This document shows, in pieces, positions 53,471 to 64,000 of a stretch of 64,000 bases of DNA. Numbering within the stretch: the stretch's first letter is position 1; every line of letters begins with the position of its first letter. Under the pieces are notes generated by a model. That model was not told where the DNA came from and did not search any database. It worked only from the letters and a program-made list of their open reading frames with translations. The translations under genes were made by a program, and so were the position numbers. The stretch comes from Octopus sinensis. Lineage: Eukaryota. The DNA is taken from positions 17,484,001 through 17,548,000 of the forward strand of contig NC_043015.1 in assembly GCF_006345805.1 (NCBI RefSeq). Reading direction: 5' to 3'.

Positions 53471-54651
53471 AAATGCCACCAAAAATAGTATGGATAGGCT
53501 ACATAGTAATGCCATACTACAGACTGTATGTGTCAATAGGAATAAATACTAACATAAAAACTAGTGAACTGTGACAATACTAATAAATAGGTGGCAAAAA
53601 ATAGTAATGGACAAATGTACACAAACTAGTGATGGGCTGAGTAAGCAGTGATATAACAGTGATGAAAAACAATTGGTAGACTGTTTTAATAGTAATAGTA
53701 ACAGTAGCTAGCCATGGATTTTGTTGATAGTAATAGAATAAGTGACATAAAATCTAGGGATAAGATTGTGCCATTAGTAATGGAATAGTGATGATAGATG
53801 GTGTCCACAGTAATACAATACTAACATAAAAATTTGTAACAGACTGTGACAATATTAATACAATATTAATATAAAAACTATTGACATACAGTGTCAATAG
53901 TGATAAAATAATGAAATCAAAAACTGGTAATGGACTGTGTCAATAATGATTCAACAGTTATATTAAAATAGTGCTGAACTTTGTCAATAGTAACACAAAC
54001 AGTAATATAAAAACTAGTGATGATTTGTGTTAACTGTGAAACTGAAGTGACCTGTGTCAGTGAGTCATCTAGGTTACTTGGATGAGAGATCAAGGTAAAA
54101 GCAATGATAGTTGTTATAGATGGCATTTTTTATTGTGAAGAAAACTTATTAAAATTTGTCAGAGAAAAATATCTATTCATAATTTTTCTTAAAGAGAAAT
54201 TTAGATGGAGATTCATCATTCATCATTTTATATCACTCTTGTCTTACTACTGAAAAAGTCCCTCATCAGTTTCTATGTTACTTTTGTATTAATATTGACA
54301 CAGTCCATCACTAGTGTTTACATCATTATTTTGTTACTGTTATCACAGTCTATCACTATTGTATTTCTGGATTACTATTAATGCATTTTCTCACTAACTT
54401 TTGATATCACTATTGTATTAATATTTACATAGTCCACCAAAGTTTTTCTTTTATTATTTATTGTAATAGCTGGCCCATGCCATCAAAAATTATGGCCAGT
54501 TGTAGTATTTTATATATAAATATGGATGGTAAATCAAATTAATACACTTGTCAATGTTATCTAGTGGTTGTCTTTTGAGATGTGACATCGGTCATCATTT
54601 GTTACTGAAAGAACACTGGTTCGCACATACAAGCATTCACATACTTCCCTT

Positions 54652-54689
<38 letters not shown>

Positions 54690-55384
54690 ACATATACTCA
54701 CACAGAGTTAAAATGCTGTTTGATTTTTCTTTTCAACGTTGAATGTTCACCATCCCACTTCCATTGCACACAAACACACATACACACATTCATGTACCTC
54801 TCTTTTACATACATAAACGGTGATGATGATGATGACACATATACTTACACAGAGTTGAAACGCTCCCACTACCAGTTTGCCATTACCCCTTCCTTCTTTA
54901 GTCATCTATCACCCATTCCTTTCTCATTCATATGATGTGATGGAGAAAAACACAAGAGTATTATTATAGTAGATTATTATAGAGTGAGTTTCTCTAATTT
55001 TCTTTTTATATCAATATTGTAGTACTGTTAACACATGAGTAATCCTGTGATGGACCAGTATCCCACCCAGGAGTGGGTGAATTTCTATGCCAAAGAATCT
55101 AAGAACCAGCTTTCTGAACCTATGGTTTGGGAAGGATCTTTGAGCTTTTTTTTTTAACTTATGAATATTATGATGAAATTTTTTAAAGTAGATCATTCAT
55201 GTCCAACATGTTATTGTAGCAAATTGAGACATTGTTTTTTGAAAATTTTCAAAATGTCTGACACTCCAACTGGGATGTCAATATGCAAAAAACAATTACA
55301 CATAGACATCATAGTTGGGTTTCTCATTCCAATAGTAAAAGAAAATCAAAATCAAGTAAACAGGTGTCCCTAAGGGTGGAAAAG

Positions 55385-58200
55385 CTGGAAATTTTGGCAA
55401 AACTTACTGAGCCCCAAAGCAGCAGGGTTTCTCTTCACAGTTAATAATGATGATAGTAATAATAATTTTTTCTTTATCAGTCACAAGGGCCACAAACAAA
55501 CAAAACCCAAATGGATGATACAACACAAAGGACTGGGAGGTTACATGTAGTAACTGTAAGCAGAAAAAAAAACAATAACAATTAACAAATAAAATATTAA
55601 GCAATAAAATTCTCAAAAGCAGTAACACACCACCCAAGGGCAACCAAAGAAACACCACACATCCTAGATGCTCCAATCTCCAAGAGCACCTCAGTCAGGT
55701 TCCCCTCTCCCTTCCACTCCCTCCAGCCTACAGGCATATGCTCAAAGTAAGACCCTGTAGAACTCCAAAGCAGAACTTCCATTGACCACATTGCCTGACT
55801 GGCAGAGGGCTACAAGTACTTGGCAACATTATAGGTGCTAAATGCCCAGTCAAGATCTATGCATGATCCAGGGCTGCAGCTCTGTCAATGAGACAGGCTG
55901 CAGAAACCCCTGCTGACTGTCAAGGAATCAATGGAGATGTTTCAGCCTTAGTGCATGCCAGCACATCATTAGCCACAGTATGCCTAGCCCTCCATGCAAC
56001 AACTGCTGACAGCAAATGGACAATCTAAGTGGGACACATCCCTTCCACAGAAGGCAGATGAGTAAGCACTTCAGCTTGATCAGCAACAAAGTAGGGCAAA
56101 AGATGGTGGCCAAGTGTTAGTAAATGATGGAGGCAATGCATGCATTTGCCACTTCTGCCTGACCTTTCAAAGTGAGGCTGGCCGCCCTGCTCATCACCTC
56201 AACCCCAGTTCTTGTCCGCCTGGGGGTCGAAACAAAACCAGACCCCAGGCAATTTAACCAGTCCTTCCGTCCAACGCCCAACAACATTGTTTGGTGGCAT
56301 TGACTTTCCTCTCCAGCTGAGCTGCAGACCCACTAACTTCTGGTTAATCTTTGCTCTTGTCATTGCTTCATACTCCCTTAGGGTAGTGCCAATCTCCTTG
56401 ATTTCTGAGATATCCAACACTGTTATAGTGAATCTTCCACATCCTAGTTCGTAAAGGATGTCCATAGAAACAGCTTCCAGCACATAGATAAGGGGTGACA
56501 GTGGCAACCCTTGATGGTCCAAACATGCAACGCTAAACAATTCCGATAGATGGCCATTTAGATGTTGCAGTACATTGCAGCGATCCAACCTTTGAAAACG
56601 TGACTGAAGCCAGCAACCAAGAGGACGGCCGGTAAGTACTGATGGTCGACCCTATCAAAAAGTTTCAATTCATCAAAAACTTGATCATAACCCCACCCAC
56701 GCCAATTTCCTTACCTACCATCCCTATGATATAACACATGAAGTGGAGATTGTAATGAAATAGATCTGTTTGGGATAACACATATCTGCACGTCACTGAT
56801 CGGTCCACTAAAGACAAATACCAACCTCTTGACTAACACCTTGGCCAAAATCTTATAATATTTTCGGCTGTTGTCAACATTTCACGGAACTCAACGTCCC
56901 TGGTTGAAAGCCGTGGAACGCTGTCGAGGTAGCAGGTGAAATCCACTCCGTTTCCAACCTACGGTGCACCCCGTACAGTTCAGAAAAGCTTCGTCGAAAT
57001 TCTGCACGCATCTGCTCAAATTTGACTAGCAAGTTCCGTCAAAGACAGAAGTATAGTTTCGTTGCCATGTTGTACCCTATCAGTCAACCTCACACAATCC
57101 AAACGTGCATCTAAAACAGCGTTCCAGTCAACTACTAACATTAATGAATGAGAAGTTCCCAGGAACATATTCAAATGCCTTGAGAAATCTGGCCGCCCTG
57201 CTTGTCTTTCAGACAGAGGCAAGGTGGCCAGATTACACTAGTCAGAAGGCATCCCTTTCGCTGCTGCCAACATCCAGAACCGCCAGCTTACCGTCTGGGT
57301 CCAGGAAGATCGACTTTATTCCGAGAGCCATTCCTTTCCAAGACACCACCACCATTCTGAGTCCCAACCCAGGCCGACTAGATCGTCAAAAATGGGCGCG
57401 AAATGACGTATGGTTGAAATCCTGGTTTCTTAGTCCCTTCGTGTTTTAGTGCACGGGTCTAAACACTTATAGACTTTAATTGAGTAACAGATCCACATAT
57501 GTGGGTGCCATATGGGAGGCCTATTAGGTCAGGTAGCTCGTCGATATAGGTTTGCTTACATTGTAAGGTCAGTTCTGCACCTATACCTGACCGGTTTTGT
57601 TTAAGTATTTTCTTTACCTGCAAGATAGTTACCTTGTCTTCCTCTATACCTGCCAAGACGGTCGCGCACAAAACATTTTTGGATTTGGCTCTCAGATGTA
57701 TTTTTCACCCGACGTGATTCTACTCCAGTGCAGCGGTATGTAACCGTGCATCGCAAGATGCTTTCGATCACGTCGAGTGGATGGTTTAGGGCTATTCATC
57801 TCCCATTTCTTTTTACAATTCTTCTGGCCAATTTCAATTCTTCTTCGTCTGTAGAGAAATCTTCCAGATTTCTTGTAGCATTCGAAAAAGAAATCCCCTT
57901 TCCAGCATACCTTGCAACTTTAGCGACTGCAGTGGTGGCGGTGACGATGGTAATGATCACGTTTCTTTCAAAATTTCCTGTTTATCTTTCCTTCTCTCGG
58001 TTTCACTTCTTTATTATTGTCGTCATCGATGAAAATGTATTAGCCTCGGTTGTTGTTTTCACTTGACATAATTTACTGTGGTCAATGCTACGCCAGTATT
58101 CTTTTTTTCTTTTTCTCCAAGGAACACGTCCCGTCGTCGAACATTATAATTACTTTCTTATCAGCCATGTTTCAATACATATGGAAAATAGCAAAATATT
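55385..58200 (-). mobile_element. Tx1/L1-like LINE relic (ORF1, APE, RT, 3' end) with large deletions
   Basis: DWNAVLD (APE), KLFDRVDHQYL and QGLPLSPLIYVL (RT); the 3' part is homologous to 61400-62600; ORF1-like sequence at 57450-58200. Confidence 0.75.
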
Positions 58201-58382
58201 TGCAAAAGGGGATGTTTCTAAACAAAAATACTATCCCCTCCCCCCAGTCCGGATGATGTCAGGAACAAAGTGGTGGCAATAAAAATGAAAGAACGGGACT
58301 TTAGAAGGCTGAAAACTTACGGAGCTTCAAATTACCGTGTCTTTCCAGAATGGCGACAATAATAATAATAATAGTAATAATA

Positions 58383-58435
<53 letters not shown>

Positions 58436-58460
58436 TAATAATAATAATAATAATAATAAT

Positions 58461-59637
58461 ATGGATGTTAAAACTTGTCTCAAAACACGAAAACAAGAAA
58501 GCATCATACTCAGTCACAAAACAGGCAAAGGAATATCTAAGTGAATTCCGAATACAACCAATTTCGGAATTAGAGATAGATATACAAGAAACAAGCACAG
58601 AAAAAGCTAGGCGCATGAAGACCCGTGCCAAAACTGCGGCCTTAGATATTCTGAATAATAAATGGCAAGAAAAACCTCTCTATGGCAAATACCCAAAGAG
58701 AGCGAACAATGCAGATATCGACAAAGCCCTGACCCATCAATGGCTAATGGCCTCTGGCTTAAAATCTGAAACAGAGGGGTTTATCATAGCAGCTCAAGAT
58801 CAATGCCTACCAACAAGAAACTACCAGGCCAACATGTTAAAGATCAGAAGCAGTCCAACGTGTCGTGTATGCAAGCAACAAAATGAAACCATTGACCATG
58901 TGGTCTCCAAGTGCAGTCTTCTAGCGCCTACAGAGTATCTCAACAGGCACGATAGAGCTGCACAATATATTCACTGGGTAATCTGTAAAAACCTGGATTT
59001 GCCCCATGAAAAAAACTGGTGGGAACACAAACCACCTCCAGTGCTTGAAAATGACCACATCTCACTCCTCTGGAACTTCACCATTCAAACTGACAGGAAG
59101 ATAGATGCAAATAGGCCAGACATCATACTGAAAGACTTCAAACAAAGAACATGCCTCCTCATTGATATGACTGTCCCAATCGATATAAACGTATCTGTCA
59201 AGACCTACCAAAAACTGAGCAAATATAAAGATCTTGAAATAGAAATCAGCAAAATGTGGAACCTGAAGACTAAAACAATACCTGTTGTCATAGGTGCCCT
59301 GGGAATGATAGCAAAAGGGGCTGATAGCTACCTAACTCAGATACCAGGAAACCCAAAAATGGCAGAAGTTCAAAAGATAGTGCTCATGGGAACTGCTCAT
59401 ATCCTACGCAAAATACTCTCTATGTAATCTCAAGGTTTAAAACAAACATAATTTTCGGTTTAAAAAAAAAAAAAACTTTTTTTTTTTAGACATTCATTAG
59501 TACAACATCCCCACCCCCCAAATATATGGCACACTAGGCATAACAACAACATGAACTTCCAACCCTGTTGTCTCTTGAGGTCTCTGGGTGAGACTTGGAG
59601 CCAACTTGTACAAATATAAAGCAAAAGTCAAACATAG
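58461..59637 (+). mobile_element. R4/Dong-like non-LTR retrotransposon 3' fragment (CCHC + REL endonuclease) inside (AAT)n
   Basis: The intact 320-aa ORF (58465-59427) has CRVC..ETIDHVVSKC, RHD, RPDI, LIDMTVP, KLSKYKDL and VIGALG. (AAT)n lies on both sides. Confidence 0.93.
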
Positions 59638-59679
59638 AATAATAATAATGATAATAATAATAATAATAATAATAATATA

Positions 59680-59716
<37 letters not shown>

Positions 59717-59729
59717 TATAATAATAATG

Positions 59730-59860
59730 ATAATCCTTTCTACTAAAGGCGTGAAATTTTGTGGAAAGGGACAAGTCGATTACATCACTGGTACTTAATT
59801 TATCAACACCGAAGGCTGAAAGGCAAAGTTGACCTCGGCGGAATATGAAGTCAGAACATT
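59730..59860 (-). mobile_element. SINE fragment (same family as 52889-53063)
   Basis: AAAGGCAAAGTTGACCTCGGCGGAAT.TGAA.TCAGAAC in reverse orientation, with its tail in the shared (AAT)n. Confidence 0.75.
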
Positions 59861-59861
59861 T

Positions 59862-61245
59862 ACAACAAGCATGGGAAGACATCACAATAGCAGACCTAAG
59901 AAAGGCACTCACGAAGGCCCATAATTGGAAATCCCCAGGTAAAGATAGGGTGCCGAATTTCTGACTCGCATCGCTCCCATGCGCACACGGTAAGCTAGTT
60001 CAGCTGCTCAATGGAATTATGAGAGACCCAAAGAAAACACCTGAATGGTTAGCAAGTGGTATTACTTACCTACTCCCAAAGAATAACGAAACCAACCTTC
60101 CAAAAAACTATCTCACAACATGAAAACAAGAAAGCATTATACTCAGTAACAAAACAGGCAAAAGAATATCTAAGTGAATTCCGAATACAACCAATTTCGG
60201 AATTAGACATACAAGAAACAAGCGCAGAAAAAGCTAAGCGCATGAAAACCCGTGCTAAAATTGCTGTCTTAGATATTCTGATCGATAACTGGCAAGAAAA
60301 ACCTCTCAATAGCAAATACCCAAAGAGAGCGAATAATGCCGATGTTGACAAAGCCCTGACCCACCAATGGCTAATGGCCTCTGGCTTAAAATCTGAAACA
60401 GAAGGGTTAATCATAGCAGCTCATGATCAATGCCTACCTACAAGGAACTACCGGGCCAACATATTAAAGAACGGCAGTAGCCCAACATGTCGCGTATGTC
60501 GACAACAAAATGAAACCATTGATCATGTTGTCTCCAAGTGCAGTCTTCTTGCGCCTACAGAGTATCTCAACAGGCTTGATAGAGCTGCACAATATATTCA
60601 CTGGGTAAGTTGCAAAAGCCTGGACTTGCCCAATGATAAAAACTGGTGGGAACACAAACCACCTCCAGTGCTTGAAAATGATCACATTTCACTCCTCTGG
60701 AACTTCACCATTCAAATGACTGAAAGATAGATGCAAATAGGCCAGACATCATACTGAAAGACTTCAGACAAAAATCATGCCTCCTCATTGATATGACTGT
60801 CCCAATCGATATAACCGTATCTGTCAAGACCTACCAAAAACTGAGCAAATATAAAGATCTTGAAATCGAAATCAGCAAAATGTGGAACCTGAAGACTAAA
60901 ACAATACCTGCTGTCATAGGTGCCCTGGGAATGATAGCAAATGGAGATGACTGCTACCTAACTCAGATACCAGGAAACCCCGAAATGGCAGAAATTCAAA
61001 AGATAGTGCTCATGGGAACTGCTCATATCCTACACAAAATACTTTCTATGTAATCTCAAGTTTTAAAACAAACATAATTTTCTTATGGTTTCTTAAACAT
61101 TCACTAGTACAACACTTAGTACAAAGCCAAATATATGGCACCCTAGGCATAACACCAACATGAACTTCCAACTTGTTGTCTCTTGAGGTCTCTGGGTGAG
61201 ACTTGGAGCCAACTTGAACAAATGTAAAGCAAAAGTCAAATATAG
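59862..61245 (+). mobile_element. Second R4/Dong-like copy with an internal deletion of the RT core
   Basis: NWKSPGKDRVPNF...ITYLLPK..NLPKNY is joined at about 60111 directly to SQHENKK. The REL domain is frameshifted. Followed by (AAC)18 then (AAT)n. Confidence 0.9.
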
Positions 61246-61370
<125 letters not shown>

Positions 61371-61371
61371 C

Positions 61372-62600
61372 TTATCCTCATAGGCCACAAAATGCCGAAC
61401 ACAAAAATATATAGGGGCAACACAAAACAAGAAACAAGTGGGGTTTAAAACAGAAAACGTGTAAACAATAAAAACAAAAATAATAAAAAAAATTAAACAA
61501 CAAAATTCCCCAACGGAGGGAGTTCCACCCAGGGCTAACCAGGGAACACCACACATCTTGGTCACCTCGGCTGCCAAGGGCACTCCAGGTAGGCACCCCT
61601 CTTCCCTTCAAACGCTCAGGCTGACAGAAAAATATTCAAAGTAGGCCCTTTCACACGAGCCGTTTTCGTAACATTCACCCACCTTTCAACAAACTTACTG
61701 GGGAGCAGTACTTCCCTCTCTACCCTCACTTTCTTTTTCAAGTGGAACTTGAAAAAGTCGATGAAGGCTTGGCCGAAGAAGAAAGTGTCTGTCTCCAGTC
61801 CTTTCAACCTCGTCCACCACATTACCTCTTTTACTATAGCCACCAGGCAGAGGAAAACTGCCATTCCCTCTCGGACAAAAGAAGGCGGCGGGGCGATCCT
61901 CACAATAAATTCGGCTGATAACCGGATCCGTCCTACACGTAATAACTGCTGTTCGACAAAGCTCCAAAGGTCAGTAATGCACGGACACTGGACGAGTGCA
62001 TGCAGGATGGTTTCATCGCCCTGTGCACATCTCGGACAGGTCATCACTCTTTCTCTCCACGAATCCTCTAGAGAACTCCATAGTGGAACTTCCCCCGACC
62101 ACGTTGCCCGACTGACAGAAGGCCGTGAGCACTTGCCGACACTCCGGGTGTCAAGTGTCCTTTCTTGGTCTGCGCATGACCCAGGATTGTAGTTCCATCA
62201 ATAAGACAAGCTGCAGAAAGTTTCATTTGACGAACGGCAACCATACCTGCTCACCGTTAAGGAAACGCTGGAGATGTCGCATCCTCATCACACGTCTGCG
62301 CATGATTAACCACGACATGCCCAGTCCTCCACACAGCAGCTGTTGACGAGCGGAACACATCCCATCCATAGAAAGTGGAAGAGCAGGTGCTCCAAATTTA
62401 TCAACTACGAAGTGCGGCAAGGGACGACGGTCAGGCGGTAGTAGATAACGGAAGTGGTGTACGCATTCACCACCTCCGCCCGACCCTTCAGGGACAGCTT
62501 CCTCTCTGTCCATTTCTGGATGAGACTGGCTACCCTGCTCGGCACCTCCTCCCATTTCTTGTCCACCTGGAGGTCTTGTCCAAACCAGACCCCGAGCAAA
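61372..62600 (-). mobile_element. Tx1/L1-like LINE 3' portion
   Basis: LGVWFG, WTERKLSLKGRAEV, GGLGM, CPRC..ETILHALVQC; 3' UTR ends in an (ATT)n tail. Confidence 0.88.
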
Positions 62601-64000
62601 GTGGCGTCTGGAACCTGGCGTCACTACATATCTATATTTGCAGCTGCAATAACGCTTATATTTACAATTCTTACCTTACTCTCATCCCAAGTAGAGGCAA
62701 CAATTTTAACATGTTTGAATGATGATAGGTTAAAAGCGAGAACAACCGTCATGCCATGTCTGTTATCAAACGATGACGGAAACCTTTTCAGGTGCTGAAT
62801 ATCAACTCTCCTTTCCATGTTTCCTCCCACATCCCTTTCCCAGTTTTCAGTGTAGCACTTTAAATGCAGGCACATTGAAATGTAAGTCTAACGAAATTGT
62901 AGAGATGCTTGAACGGAGGCATGTTGATGCATGTTGCATCCAAGACGTAAGGTGAAGAGGAGCTTCAGCGAGGTTCCTCAAACGTAAGACACATAGGTAT
63001 AAAATCTTCTGGGAAGGTAACAGTGACGGAGTATGTGTTGTGGGCATACTTCTTGCAGAGAAATTGGTAGATAAGGCCATAGAGGTAGTCAGAGAGTATG
63101 ATAGAGTACATAAGTTCAGGCTAGACTTGCAGCTACAATTATATCTGCCTACACCCCACAAGCGGGCCTACTAAATGAACAGAATGATCACGTTGATGAT
63201 ATTCTTCTGCAGGCTACCTCAAAGACGAGGGACAATGATCTCATCTTCGTGGCTGGGGATTTCAATGGGCGTGTCGGACGGTAGCCTGGTATCTTCCATG
63301 GTGTTCATGGAGGCAATGGAATTGGTTCCCGAAACGAAGAGGGAAAAAGGATCCTGGAGTTCTGTGATGCAAATAACCTTTTCGTCTGCAACATCAACTT
63401 TAGGAAGCTAGCCAGCCACCTGATAACCTATCAATCAGGTGATTCTGCTAGCCAGATCGGTCTCGTTGTCACTAAATAGCAGAATACATGGTTGCTCTTA
63501 AATACAAAGACTCTCCATGGTGAAGAAGGTACCCCTAGCAAAGACTAGTCATTAGTGACTTTGGACTTGAGACCAGAAGGATGCCAAGAAGCAGATCAAT
63601 CTGGAAAAGAAGGATTTGGAAGCTTCATGTGGACAGAGATTTAGGGACAACCTCATTAAGAAATTTGATGAGGGGGAGGAGGAGCTACAGACTTGTGACA
63701 TAGAGGGCAACTGGGGGTTCCTGCGAGACAGCTTACTGAGTGCCACAGACTAAATCTGTGGTTGGTGCAGAGTCCCTTCCAGACCTAGGGTAACGTGATG
63801 ATGAAACAATACTGTAGACAGGGCCATTAGAGCAAAGAAACAGGCCTAGAAGACTTGGAAGAGTGGGGATAGCAGGGAACTGTATCAGATGGCCAGAAGG
63901 GAAGCTAGGAAACAGGTATATCTAGCCAAGAGAGAAGCAGAAAAGAAGAGGTTTGCCTATGTTCAGCGTCATGAAGACCAAAGAACTGAAGTATTTCGGA
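62601..64000 (+). mobile_element. RTE-like LINE 5' part (APE endonuclease), decayed, runs off the right edge
   Basis: TLNAGTL, VEMLERRHVDACCIQDVR, GDFNGRVG, and FHGVHGGNGIGSRNEEG..ILEFC. Confidence 0.88.

Larger units (their letters stand above)
52700..54450. repeat. Degenerate array of a GACTGTGTCAATAGTAA / AAAACTAGTGATG motif
   Basis: About ten diverged occurrences (e.g. about 53065, 53520, 53920, 53980), plus a reverse-orientation copy at about 54295. Confidence 0.6.

Noticed and set aside
58465-59427. Intact 320-aa ORF as a host gene
   Set aside because: It is the C-terminal CCHC/REL part of an R4/Dong retrotransposon, with a decayed sister copy 1.4 kb away.

Overview
This is AT-rich, repeat-saturated eukaryotic DNA. 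The SINE/LINE tails and repeat mix look like an octopus (coleoid cephalopod) genome, which is my inference from recognising the sequences. I could not confidently identify any host protein-coding gene, rRNA, tRNA gene or CRISPR array, and most listed ORFs are microsatellite translations or transposon fragments. The window is a nest of mobile elements separated by (TA)n/(CA)n/(AAT)n tracts: a complete but decayed IR/DR-type Tc1 element, a second Tc1 relic, a hAT transposon, three RTE LINE pieces, a CR1/Jockey-group LINE, three Tx1/L1-like pieces, two R4/Dong-like REL-endonuclease 3' fragments in (AAT)n, a young full-length CsRn1-clade Ty3/Gypsy element (LTRs, PBS and TSD all visible), a probable non-autonomous Helitron, SINEs, and at least six Penelope-like element (PLE) pieces. 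The most interesting layer is invisible in the ORF track. It is a set of type I hammerhead ribozyme motifs of several variant designs tied to PLE ends, including a perfect 177-bp-arm palindrome carrying one hammerhead on each strand, together with recurrent fold-back (inverted) duplications at (TA)n tracts. All alignments and RNA folds were done by eye, and homopolymer indels suggest some features may include assembly error.
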